A DNA stretch of 61,269 bases, filler included. It is 7 parts of 7 records of this genome, joined end to end, with 100 filler letters (N's around TTAATTAATTAA, not from the genome) between each part and the next. Parts side by side here need not be neighbours in the genome. Positions count along the whole stretch, not along the records: positions 1 to 7,142 come from DRR723986_16083; positions 7,243 to 22,646 come from DRR723986_16085; 5 more parts are not named here. One strand, 5' to 3'. The position numbers were made by a program, and so were the translations under genes. Below are positions 1-9,057 of this stretch, piece by piece; within the stretch, counting starts at the first letter, position 1; the number at the start of each line of letters is the position of its first letter. The notes beneath the pieces were generated by a model that was not told where the DNA came from, made no database searches, and saw only the letters and a program-made list of their open reading frames with translations.

Positions 1-26
1 ACTCGGTTCGGCAATCTAAAAATTGC

Positions 27-45
27 CTAACTTTAGCCAAACGTT
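27..45 (+). repeat. 19-bp direct repeat CTAACTTTAGCCAAACGTT, copy 1 (promoter-like / recombination-site-like)
   Basis: Identical to 785-803. Contains TAACTTTAG, which resembles the Bacteroidota -7 element TAnnTTTG, and ends in GTT. Confidence 0.85.
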
Positions 46-89
46 AGGGTTAATTGTGGAATCTGAATCTAAAAAGCATCAAAACAAAA

Positions 90-608
90 ATGAAATCATT
101 ATCTGCACTTTGTTTGAGTCTATTTTCAATTCTGACTTTCGGACAGCAAAACATTTTAGCTAAATATGAAATGTCCGAATGTAGTTCTGACGATTTGGAA
201 ATCAAATCAATCGGCAGAATACTTTCCTTCGAATTCAAAAATGATAGAGCTAGACTTATCGTTGAAGGAATTGCTAACTGCGAAGGAGTGCACAATCTCT
301 CGATAAATCTGAGTTCAGACTCATTAATGATTGACTTTACGGAAGGTAAATTAATTACCCACGATTCTATCGAAATTGACAGCCTTTTTGAAATAGAAAT
401 CGAGTCCTCTATTGATGAAGGCATAGTTCTCGTTGAAACAGATCAAGTTGAGGACACTATTTTCGTTAAATCCAAATATGATCACAACGAAAGAAAAGAA
501 ATTTTGACCGCGTTTTGCACCTGCTGTTTCACTTTTACATTTGATATGATTGGTCTAGATCCTAAAAAAGAATACACTGTATTTTACAAAGGGAAGCCAA
601 TAAAATGA
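90..608 (+). CDS. Hypothetical secreted protein (Cys motifs NCEG, CTCC)
   Basis: ORF 54..608; ATG at 90 gives the signal peptide MKSLSALCLSLFSILTFG-QQ, typical of Bacteroidota. Confidence 0.75.
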   Translation: MKSLSALCLSLFSILTFGQQNILAKYEMSECSSDDLEIKSIGRILSFEFKNDRARLIVEGIANCEGVHNLSINLSSDSLMIDFTEGKLITHDSIEIDSLFEIEIESSIDEGIVLVETDQVEDTIFVKSKYDHNERKEILTAFCTCCFTFTFDMIGLDPKKEYTVFYKGKPIK

Positions 609-722
609 ACTAACTAACCCTAACTTAATAAGTAAATATCATTCCTCCCTTTTGTCCATCACTTTTCCCTCCCATATGCTTGTCCAAAGGCCTGGGGTGC
701 CAGTATGGGCAGAATGACTTGT

Positions 723-744
723 ACCTGTCTACCGACAGGCAGGT
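723..744. repeat. REP-like short palindrome ACCTGTCTACCGACAGGCAGGT
   Basis: CCTGTC-tacc-GACAGG hairpin in a GC-rich patch of an AT-rich contig. Resembles, from recall, the CCTGCCTGCCGGCAGGCAGG-type intergenic repeat of Bacteroidota. Confidence 0.55.
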
Positions 745-784
745 CCGGGGGGTTGGCCAGTGCACCTCACGCCACAATAAATTG

Positions 785-803
785 CTAACTTTAGCCAAAC
801 GTT
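785..803 (+). repeat. 19-bp direct repeat CTAACTTTAGCCAAACGTT, copy 2
   Basis: Identical to 27-45. Continues as GTTGAGC (GTTRRRY) and ends 22 bp before the ATG at 826. Confidence 0.85.
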
Positions 804-825
804 GAGCTACATTACGAATTGACAA

Positions 826-1590
826 ATGGGATTATTCAGCAGAAAGAAAATAGAGCCACCAATTAATGAGCAAAATAGGGTTTGGATGGAACAAAATTTT
901 TCGTGGCTTTTACATGAATTTAATGACATTCCTCTTAAAAAAAGAAAAATCTACATTCCGTCAAAAGAAGATTTTCCGTTGAAATTTGAAGATACACCTG
1001 AAACAGCCGAAAAAGTGGTTTCGATCATTGCAGACGCCATGAATATTGAAACCAACAATCTATCTCTTCAAATGTTTTCTAACGGCATTAAAGAATTTAG
1101 TTATGGCTCTTCAATTTTATTTACCGCCAAAGAGAATAATTCCGAAACAGCTGGCTCCTATCTTAAAGGTAAAGATGGAAAGTATACAATAAGCCTTGAC
1201 AAAGCTCTATTGACACAGGGTGAAAAGTTAATTGCAACAGTTGCTCATGAACTCGCTCATGTTAAATTACTAGGAGAAGAAAGAATCGAAGAAAATGATG
1301 AGCCGCTAACAGATTTAACTACAATCCTTTTTGGATTTGGAATATTCAATGCAAATTCTTCATTCAATTTTACTGCAAATCATTACTCTTGGGGCTATTC
1401 AAAGCTAGGATATTTACCACAAAACGAATGGGGCTATGCCTTGGCTCTTCTAGCTTATTGCAGAGAGGAAGATAATCCCAGTTGGGTACAATATCTTAAT
1501 AAACAAAGTCAAGCAGATTTTAAAAAATCAATGAAATTCATTCTTGCCAATGAGGATTTAATCTGGAAAATACCAGATGGTGAAAACTAG
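826..1590 (+). CDS. Hypothetical protein with HExxH zinc-metallopeptidase motif
   Basis: 254-aa ORF containing ATVAHELAHVKL and a downstream acidic NDEPLTD. Confidence 0.75.
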   Translation: MGLFSRKKIEPPINEQNRVWMEQNFSWLLHEFNDIPLKKRKIYIPSKEDFPLKFEDTPETAEKVVSIIADAMNIETNNLSLQMFSNGIKEFSYGSSILFTAKENNSETAGSYLKGKDGKYTISLDKALLTQGEKLIATVAHELAHVKLLGEERIEENDEPLTDLTTILFGFGIFNANSSFNFTANHYSWGYSKLGYLPQNEWGYALALLAYCREEDNPSWVQYLNKQSQADFKKSMKFILANEDLIWKIPDGEN

Positions 1591-1688
1591 GCGTTACAAA
1601 TTGACTGATTTAAGTTGCCAAAGACCTGCTCACACTCAAACCCAACCCACCATTAATTTGCTATTTTAGTCAAAATCAATTCTAATCA

Positions 1689-2414
1689 ATGAAAGTATTT
1701 ATTCAAACAGATGAGGCCGGGGAATTCTACAATGTCAATGCTTACGTTGCAGCCACAGGTTTTAAATCTCTCGGATTTGAAGTACACAAATACATTGATG
1801 CTGAAGAAGTTTCAGACAAAGATCCTTCTTCAATTTTTGTAGGAGGCGTTGGAATGGTGCGCAAACGCCTGACCAATCTTGGTATTGACAAACCAGATGA
1901 AAAAGAATATCCTGCCGAGTTGCAGCATTTTCTAAACCGAAAAGTTTGGACATCCACCCTCAACGAATTGATTCAAAATGAACAGACCGGCATTTTTATT
2001 AAACCCACCCAAACCAAACTGTTTCAAGGTAAAGTTATCAAGCGATTTGGAGATTATATTGGCTTAAAATATGATGAAGAGGTGGAAGTTTGGTGTTCAG
2101 AAATAGTTGAACTACTGACCGAATGGAGATGTTTCATTCGCTATAAAGAAATCTTAGATATCAGGTATTATAAAGGAAATTGGGACAGTCGCTTAGACCT
2201 TGAAATTGTGCGAGACGCCATATCCAAGTATACAAGCCAACCGCATGCCTATTGTTTAGATTTTGGCGTTGATGCTGATGGAAAACATTACTTGGTTGAA
2301 GTGAATGATGGACACAGCTTAGGCACTTACGGAATGGGAGCTATTTCTTATGCTAAATTCTTATCGGCCCGTTGGGCGGAGCTAACTGAAACCGAAGACC
2401 CTTTAAATTTTTGA
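1689..2414 (+). CDS. ATP-grasp domain protein (DUF4343/R2K-like)
   Basis: Motifs FIKP, EWRCFI, YCLDFG and LVEVND. Confidence 0.8.
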   Translation: MKVFIQTDEAGEFYNVNAYVAATGFKSLGFEVHKYIDAEEVSDKDPSSIFVGGVGMVRKRLTNLGIDKPDEKEYPAELQHFLNRKVWTSTLNELIQNEQTGIFIKPTQTKLFQGKVIKRFGDYIGLKYDEEVEVWCSEIVELLTEWRCFIRYKEILDIRYYKGNWDSRLDLEIVRDAISKYTSQPHAYCLDFGVDADGKHYLVEVNDGHSLGTYGMGAISYAKFLSARWAELTETEDPLNF

Positions 2415-2476
2415 AAATCAGATGTATACTGAAAGCTTTATATTTGACGCATCCGAGAATTATTAATTATCAATTA

Positions 2477-2530
2477 ATGTCAAGATTTGTTTTAGTCATT
2501 TTAGCTTCATTATGTTGTCTGCAACTTTGA
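2477..2530 (+). pseudogene. Possible gene remnant: signal-peptide-only ORF MSRFVLVILASLCCLQL*
   Basis: Consensus TATATTTG (-7 element) at 2439-2446, then an ATG and a hydrophobic signal-like peptide ending at a TGA. Confidence 0.35.
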
Positions 2531-2566
2531 GCAAACAAATGTCAATGCCGATTTTCAAGACTTTTC

Positions 2567-3412
2567 TTAAAGGAAACTCCAACTTAAACCAACCCCTCCA
2601 GTCATACCGATAATTTCATCTCCAAACATATCTCTTTTATCAGCTGGTATTGAAAATCCTAAATGATATTTAAATCCGAATCTTCCTTTTCTATTCCAAA
2701 CCGTAGCGTTTCCATCAATATAGATTCTAAAACCATAATTATTCGTATTGGCAACACTTATAGCTTCGTATTCATCAGGAGTGTAACTTGCGTGACTCCC
2801 AGGATAAGAATGGTTGAAAAACCAAAGGAAATCTGCGTGAAGGGCAACAATTTTATGTCCTCTTCTTGAAGCATATTTAGAGCTAATTCCATAGTTTCCG
2901 TGTTTGACTCTTAAAAAAGTAAATCCAGTGGCCATAGAACTAGCCCAGTGCTCAAAATTACTTGATTGATACACTTGCTGTTTAAAATGGCTGTATCCAA
3001 GATGCGGACCTATTGAAAATCCTTTTTTAATAGGTAAATCTGCAACATACTTGGTTGCAATACCACTTTTACTAAAATCAATTGATTGTCTCATAGTCTT
3101 ATCCTTGGTCCAAGATTTAATAAAATAATTACCATCTACACCGGCTCCAAGTCCAAAGTAGCTGTTAATTAAAAATTTATCCGGTTGATAATATGAAACA
3201 CCTGCGAAACTCATTCTGTCAGCACCAACAATTCCTCCCACCCAAAAATTGAGCTTCTGAATATCTTTATAACTATCGGATAAAACAAAAACTCTATATT
3301 TTTTACCGCTTCCTTCGTAGTATAGCGTGTCTTTTATATCTATCTGTGAAAACGCCTTATTCACAGAAAAAATCAATAAAAAAAGTACAATTGAAAATTT
3401 TAATGTGCTCAT
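2567..3412 (-). CDS. Hypothetical secreted / outer-membrane protein
   Basis: 281 aa, signal peptide ...AFS-Q, aromatic- and Gly-rich beta strands, ends GLSWSFL. Confidence 0.75.
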   Translation of the reverse strand: MSTLKFSIVLFLLIFSVNKAFSQIDIKDTLYYEGSGKKYRVFVLSDSYKDIQKLNFWVGGIVGADRMSFAGVSYYQPDKFLINSYFGLGAGVDGNYFIKSWTKDKTMRQSIDFSKSGIATKYVADLPIKKGFSIGPHLGYSHFKQQVYQSSNFEHWASSMATGFTFLRVKHGNYGISSKYASRRGHKIVALHADFLWFFNHSYPGSHASYTPDEYEAISVANTNNYGFRIYIDGNATVWNRKGRFGFKYHLGFSIPADKRDMFGDEIIGMTGGVGLSWSFL

Positions 3413-3429
3413 AACAATTAGATCTTCGT

Positions 3430-3437
3430 CAAAGGTA
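3430..3437 (-). promoter_or_regulatory. Bacteroidota -7 promoter element TACCTTTG
   Basis: Matches TAnnTTTG about 18 bp upstream of the ATG at 3412. Confidence 0.6.
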
Positions 3438-3661
3438 GTATTAAAACCCCTGATTTTATTCGGTTTTAATCAAAGTCTTGTTATCAAAAGGTCAAAAACA
3501 ATATCATTATCGCTTTGTACAATTTTCAGATGTTAATAGACTTTGAGTCAAATTGATTTACTGAATATTCGTATAGATTCTGAAAAAGACAGCACCGGTG
3601 GGCCCAACTGACCTATATAAATAATAATCAGTATCTTGGGATTGAATCAAAACTTATAAAT

Positions 3662-4633
3662 ATGTCAAAAATTTACTTTTTTGCTGCAGGAATTCTTGTA
3701 GCCGGAGCTTTATCAGCTCAACCTACCCTAACTCAGGCTAACCACGCTCCTACCATAGGAGAAACCTTTACAAACGTTCAAGGTACATGGGATGGCACTA
3801 TTCCGGCATCAGGCGCAAATCAAACCTGGGATTTTAGTGGATTAACCATGTCTTCAACTCAAATGTTAGAATATAAGGCACCTGTAAATTGTACAGCCTA
3901 TATGGATTTTCCTGGTGCAACCATTGGTGGTGATGCGGATGCCGGAGCGACATTTTCTTATTCAGACTATACAAGCACGCAACAAGAGAATTATGGTTAT
4001 CATATTACTTCTCAAGGAGTATCGCAGTTCTATAATAATCCTGAAGTAATGATGGTTTATCCATTTACAATGGGAACAACAAATTCAGATTACTTTGAAT
4101 CTACTTTTTTTAGTGGTGTTACCTGGTATAGAAGCGGAACAACAACTATTGAGGCGATAGGATATGGAGAAGTTATTCTGCCAACAGGTACAATATCTAA
4201 CGTTTTACTCTATAAGTTAGAGCAAGATTACCAGGACAGTAGTACTTCATTGACTAACCAATATCAAAGTGAAATTTATTTGTGGGCTAAACCTGGCTAT
4301 CACAATACAGTATTAGGCTTAACTAAATTCACTTTTGGAGGTAACTCAAGTTATACGTCCACCTATGATTCAAACCCATCTTTAGGGAATAGTGAAATTG
4401 AGTCAACAAGTTTAACAATTTTCCCTAACCCTGTAGAGGACGTTTTAAACTTGAACTATAGTAATTCAGCGGATATCACGGAAGTTTTAATAACCAACGT
4501 AGCGGGACAAAATGTGTATTCATCACAATATTTCGAAAACAAAATTAATTTAGAACACCTTATTGAAGGAATCTATTTTATTGAATTATCGGTAGGAGAA
4601 GATAAAGTGGTCAAAAAATTCGTCAAGAAATAG
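3662..4633 (+). CDS. T9SS type A sorting domain-containing protein
   Basis: Signal peptide plus C-terminal IFPNPV...GIYFIEL...KKFVKK. Confidence 0.9.
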   Translation: MSKIYFFAAGILVAGALSAQPTLTQANHAPTIGETFTNVQGTWDGTIPASGANQTWDFSGLTMSSTQMLEYKAPVNCTAYMDFPGATIGGDADAGATFSYSDYTSTQQENYGYHITSQGVSQFYNNPEVMMVYPFTMGTTNSDYFESTFFSGVTWYRSGTTTIEAIGYGEVILPTGTISNVLLYKLEQDYQDSSTSLTNQYQSEIYLWAKPGYHNTVLGLTKFTFGGNSSYTSTYDSNPSLGNSEIESTSLTIFPNPVEDVLNLNYSNSADITEVLITNVAGQNVYSSQYFENKINLEHLIEGIYFIELSVGEDKVVKKFVKK

Positions 4634-4649
4634 ACAAAGTCAACTATTG

Positions 4650-4680
4650 AAAACCAGCCGCTCGGCTGGTTTTTTTTTTG
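4650..4680 (+). terminator. Rho-independent terminator
   Basis: AAAACCAGCCG-ct-CGGCTGGTTTT followed by a long T run. Confidence 0.85.
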
Positions 4681-4808
4681 CTTTTTTTTAGGTTGGTAAA
4701 GATTGAACTAAAATCGGAACATGGATTCAAATTAGCATTGTTCTTTTTGCATCAATTTAAACCCGTATCAAAAATAATTTCTATCTTTTGACAAGTCCAA
4801 TTGCCCGA

Positions 4809-7106
4809 ATGTTAAAAACGATAGTATTACCACTTGCCCTTGTTTTCTGTTGCACACAGACTTATGGTCAAATTGATTCACTAAAAAATCAGTTGGACTC
4901 AGAAAAAGATGCGAAAAAGAAATTCGATCTCTTCATTGAAATCGGCAATCAATACCGATCACAGCAAATCGACTCATCAATTTATTTTCATCAAGAAGGT
5001 TTAAGTCATTCTGATCAGGCATTAACATCTGAATTGAATTTATGTGCAGAAAATGAATTGGCTTACAACAAAGTACTTGCCGGAGAAGTTGATCTGGGTA
5101 AGAGCGAATTGATCAAAATCAATGCCGCGATTAATGAAGAACTAGATAAAAAAAATCGCCCTACTTACGCATTTGACCTTCAAAAATCCTTAGCCCTTAA
5201 CTTTAAATACCAGGCGCATGTTGCTCAAAAACAAGACAGTTTATTATTGGCTGTGGGTTATTTTGAAGCAGCCATTGACGCCGCCTTTATCATTCAAGAC
5301 TTAGATATTTTATCGAAGTTATTTGATGAAGTGGCACGAACACATTACATGTTAGGTGCCTTTCCACGATCATTGGAGTACTGCCTCAAAGGCATAAAAA
5401 TCAATGAAACTCGAGGTGATAAAAAAGGAGTAGCCTCAAGTACTGGCAATGCCGGAATTCTCTTTAAAGAAATGGGAGAATTTGAAAGTGCCCTTGAGTA
5501 TTTTCAATTAGCATTGTCATTAAACGAAGAATTAGGGCACGAACGCTCAATCGCCATCAATTTAGGAAATATCGGAGTGGCCTATGATAAATTGGAGCAA
5601 TATGATTTGGCTTATGAATACTTTAACCGTGCCGCGAAGATGCATCAGGAACTCGGAAGTACGGAAGGCCTGATTTACAACTTCAATAACATGGCCCTCA
5701 TTCATCAAAAACGCGAAGAATATCAACAGGCGATAGATTTTTTTGAAAAGGCGTTGAACTATTCTTTAGAGAATGAAAATCATTACACTTATGCACATAC
5801 ATGTATTTATTTGGGAGGTGTCTATAAAGATCAATTGCTTTATTCTAAAGCACAATTCTATTTAGATGAGGCTGGCGACTACTGCAAGAAAATTGGTGCG
5901 CTAGATCTCTTGTCAGAATATTATCAATTGCAAAGTGTAGTTTATGAAAAAACCGGTAAATACGCCTTGTCCTTAGAAAACTTTAAAAGATACACTGAGG
6001 TCAAAGATTCTATTCTAAATGAAAACAACTTGCGAAAAGTATTTCAACTTGAAAACAACTATAAAATGGATCAGCGGATTGCACAGGACAGTGTCACTCA
6101 CGCTAAAGAAATTTTATTGCACCAAGCTGAATCAGATCAGAGAAAGGCTGAGTTAAAAGCAGCCAGGTTATCCCAGTTCGGATTGGTCATAGGCTTATTA
6201 TTTCTTGTTGGATTTATCATCCTCATTTATAAAAGATTCCAAACCTCAAGAAAACAAAACCGCATCATTCTCAAGCAAAAAGAAGAGCTTCATTTTCAAA
6301 AAGACCAAGTTGAATCTCAAAAAGAAGCGCTAGAATCTAAGCAAAAGGAAATTGTGGATTCCATTAATTATGCGAAGCGAATTCAAACGGCAATTCTGCC
6401 TCCTATGAAATTGTTTAAATCAGTTTTTCCTGAGAGTTTTATTCTTTATAAACCAAAGGATATTGTAGCGGGAGATTTTTATTGGCTCGAAAAGAAAGAC
6501 GATCTGATTTTTGTTGCTGCTGCAGATTGCACCGGTCATGGTGTGCCTGGAGCCATGGTATCCGTAATATGCCATAGTGCGCTTAACAGAAGCGTACGTG
6601 AATTAAAATTAACAGAACCAGGCGAAATTCTTGACGCTACTAAAAAAATGGTGATTGAAGAATTTGAAAAATCTGAGGATGACGTAAGAGATGGTATGGA
6701 TATTTGTTTGTGTGTGATAAAACCAGATGCTAATGGAGGTGCATCAATAAAAATGGCAGGAGCCAACAATGCCCTACTGGTTATTCGAAAAAATGCAGCT
6801 GAATTAGAAGAAGTAAAAGCAGATCGACAACCTGTAGGAAAGCATTTCATTGATAAACCATTTACATCAACGGCTTTATCGCTCAATAAAGGAGACCAAA
6901 TTTACCTATCAACTGATGGATTCTACGACCAATTCGGAGGAGAAGATAGAAAGAAGTTTAAGGTCTTAAATTTCAGAAAACTACTTATTAAAGTGAGTGG
7001 GAATGAACCTGATGAACAGATGGAAAAACTCGATCATGAGTTTGAAACTTGGCGTGGGGAATACGAACAAATTGATGATGTCTGCGTGATGGGAATACGC
7101 TTCTAG
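4809..7106 (+). CDS. TPR-repeat sensor with TM helix and SpoIIE/PP2C (RsbU-like) phosphatase domain
   Basis: TPR repeats, TM segment FGLVIGLLFLVGFIILIY, motifs VAGDFYW, AADCTGHGVPGA, DGMD, TDGFYDQFGG, QIDD. ATG at 4809 preferred. Confidence 0.92.
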   Translation: MLKTIVLPLALVFCCTQTYGQIDSLKNQLDSEKDAKKKFDLFIEIGNQYRSQQIDSSIYFHQEGLSHSDQALTSELNLCAENELAYNKVLAGEVDLGKSELIKINAAINEELDKKNRPTYAFDLQKSLALNFKYQAHVAQKQDSLLLAVGYFEAAIDAAFIIQDLDILSKLFDEVARTHYMLGAFPRSLEYCLKGIKINETRGDKKGVASSTGNAGILFKEMGEFESALEYFQLALSLNEELGHERSIAINLGNIGVAYDKLEQYDLAYEYFNRAAKMHQELGSTEGLIYNFNNMALIHQKREEYQQAIDFFEKALNYSLENENHYTYAHTCIYLGGVYKDQLLYSKAQFYLDEAGDYCKKIGALDLLSEYYQLQSVVYEKTGKYALSLENFKRYTEVKDSILNENNLRKVFQLENNYKMDQRIAQDSVTHAKEILLHQAESDQRKAELKAARLSQFGLVIGLLFLVGFIILIYKRFQTSRKQNRIILKQKEELHFQKDQVESQKEALESKQKEIVDSINYAKRIQTAILPPMKLFKSVFPESFILYKPKDIVAGDFYWLEKKDDLIFVAAADCTGHGVPGAMVSVICHSALNRSVRELKLTEPGEILDATKKMVIEEFEKSEDDVRDGMDICLCVIKPDANGGASIKMAGANNALLVIRKNAAELEEVKADRQPVGKHFIDKPFTSTALSLNKGDQIYLSTDGFYDQFGGEDRKKFKVLNFRKLLIKVSGNEPDEQMEKLDHEFETWRGEYEQIDDVCVMGIRF

Positions 7107-7142
7107 TTTATTAGTATCGTTCTATAAAAGCACCGATCAATT

Positions 7143-7242
7143 NNNNNNNNNNNNNNNNNNNNNNNNNNNNNNNNNNNNNNNNNNNNTTAATTAATTAANN
7201 NNNNNNNNNNNNNNNNNNNNNNNNNNNNNNNNNNNNNNNNNN
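7143..7242. other. Artificial contig linker
   Basis: 44 N + TTAATTAATTAA (stops in all six frames) + 44 N. Confidence 0.99.
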
Positions 7243-7305
7243 GATTCGAACCTACGACCCTCTGCTCCCAAAGCAGATGCGCTAGCCAGGCTGCGCTACA
7301 CCCCG
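7243..7305 (-). tRNA. tRNA-Pro(TGG), 3' end cut by contig edge
   Basis: Reverse complement CGGGGTGTAGCGCAGCCTGGCTAGCGCATCTGCTTTGGGAGCAGAGGGTCGTAGGTTCGAATC shows the D arm, TGG anticodon and TTCGAA T-loop. Confidence 0.95.
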
Positions 7306-7798
7306 AGCGGTTCAAACTTTATACGAAGACTCCCAGCATGGCAATGCAGGCTGGTTGGAAAACTTTTGTCTTCTGTATGGCCGCCAAAATTCGGCCTGCA
7401 TAACCCGAACTGCTAGATATGGACCCCGATCGACCGCCTTAAGTTCGCGGCGACAGTGCAGAATGATTCGCCCGACGAGTCCTGTTGACGATCGCCTCAG
7501 TCAAAACCGTGTCCCACACTGCCGAATCCTCACCACAAGTTCATTGATGAAAAGGACTTACGGCCAGGACGCCCAGCTCTGGTTCTAGTTCGATCGGCCA
7601 GGGATGAAACGGACTCGATACATCCCTGCCAACCCAGTCCGCTGGGGACGATCGTGGATTGCTAGCAACTTTGCGTTTGGCGGAGCCACATCACCTGTGA
7701 GGACTGACGAGTTAAAATTTTGGATGGACTTACCCAACGAATGCGGGACCGCTAGCTTGGAACGACGCTTCTCACGATTCGAGACCGCAGGAAATGAC

Positions 7799-8884
7799 AT
7801 GGCTAAGCAAGTAAATTGTGCTCACCGCGAGCCGATCGCTCGAAGAACACTCTTGGGTCGTGCAGCGGTCTTTGCTGGAACAGCCTACTTATCAACGCCA
7901 CGCGTGGAGGCGCAAGGGCAAAGTCGCATCAGGCCGCGACGCGATCTGGATGCGACGTACAACGAAAAGGCAGATACCGCCATTTGCCGAGGACTGGAGT
8001 TGTTGATCGATCGCCAAAAGCCCGACGGCTCGTTCATGACCGAAGAGCAGGGGCAGTGGATCGGAGTCTCCGCCCTAGCCGGACTATCCTGGCTGAGTCG
8101 CGGTGTGCGACCGGGTGTCGGCACCGCTGGACTGGCGCTTGAGCGGACCGCCAAGTTCATCGCATCCAACTGCCAAAGCAATGGTCTCGTGACCGGCAAG
8201 CAAACCAGCCGCGGACCGATGTACGACCACGGATTCGGCACTTTGTTTCTAGCAGAGTACTTTGGAACCGGGAAAGGCACATCGGTTCGACAACAATTGT
8301 CGGCGGCGGTTCAGTTGATCGTTCGAACACAGAATCGCGACGGGGGTTGGCGTTACGACCCCGTCCCTAAGAACGCAGATCTTTCCATTACAGTGGCTCA
8401 GATGATGGCGCTGCGAGCGGCTCGTAATGCTGGAATTGGTGTTCCTAAGGAAACGGTTGACCGAGCGATTGAGTACATCAAGGGAAGCCAAAACCCAGAC
8501 GGCGGATTCATGTACCAGATCACTGGTGGTCCAAGTCGATTCCCTTTGACTGCCGCGGGAGTTGTAGCACTGTACAGCGCGGGGATTTACGAAGGCATCG
8601 AGATCGACCAGGCAATTGGCTTCCTTCAAGAGAACATCAAAGCCAACCGCTCTCCCGGGCGCGACAAGTTTTTCTACTACGCCCACTACTATTCATCGCA
8701 GGCGTTCCTGCAGACGAGCGGAAAGAGTTTCAGTAGCTGGTATCGTCCGCTGCGAGACGTGTTGCTCAGCCATCAGAACGACAAAGGCGGCTGGTTCGAC
8801 TTTCACGGCATCGAGTACGCCACGGCCATGTCGTGCTTGATCCTCAATATGCCACGAAGCCTACTTCCCATTTTCCAAAAGTAA
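7799..8884 (+). CDS. Prenyltransferase/squalene-cyclase repeat protein with probable Tat signal
   Basis: QW-type repeats (QKPDGSF, QNRDGGWRY, QNPDGGFMY, QNDKGGW). ATG at 7799 follows GCAGGA and gives an ARRTLL twin-Arg leader. Confidence 0.85.
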   Translation: MAKQVNCAHREPIARRTLLGRAAVFAGTAYLSTPRVEAQGQSRIRPRRDLDATYNEKADTAICRGLELLIDRQKPDGSFMTEEQGQWIGVSALAGLSWLSRGVRPGVGTAGLALERTAKFIASNCQSNGLVTGKQTSRGPMYDHGFGTLFLAEYFGTGKGTSVRQQLSAAVQLIVRTQNRDGGWRYDPVPKNADLSITVAQMMALRAARNAGIGVPKETVDRAIEYIKGSQNPDGGFMYQITGGPSRFPLTAAGVVALYSAGIYEGIEIDQAIGFLQENIKANRSPGRDKFFYYAHYYSSQAFLQTSGKSFSSWYRPLRDVLLSHQNDKGGWFDFHGIEYATAMSCLILNMPRSLLPIFQK

Positions 8885-9057
8885 CAATGGCTCGTTGGTG
8901 CTACGCCAGCGCTACCATTCGGTGTGGCAGGCAGTCGGCGTTAGCCGGTGTTGCCAGTTTCTCTGCTGACTTGCCGCGGTCGTATGGCTAGAATAAGTGG
9001 GTTGGTCAATCAACCAGCAAATCCAAAGCAAATCAACTCAATAAAGGATGGATCGCT

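Noticed and set aside
7187-7198. Recurrent TTAATTAATTAA as a biological repeat
   Set aside because: It is always centred in 44+44 N, so it is a synthetic six-frame stop linker.
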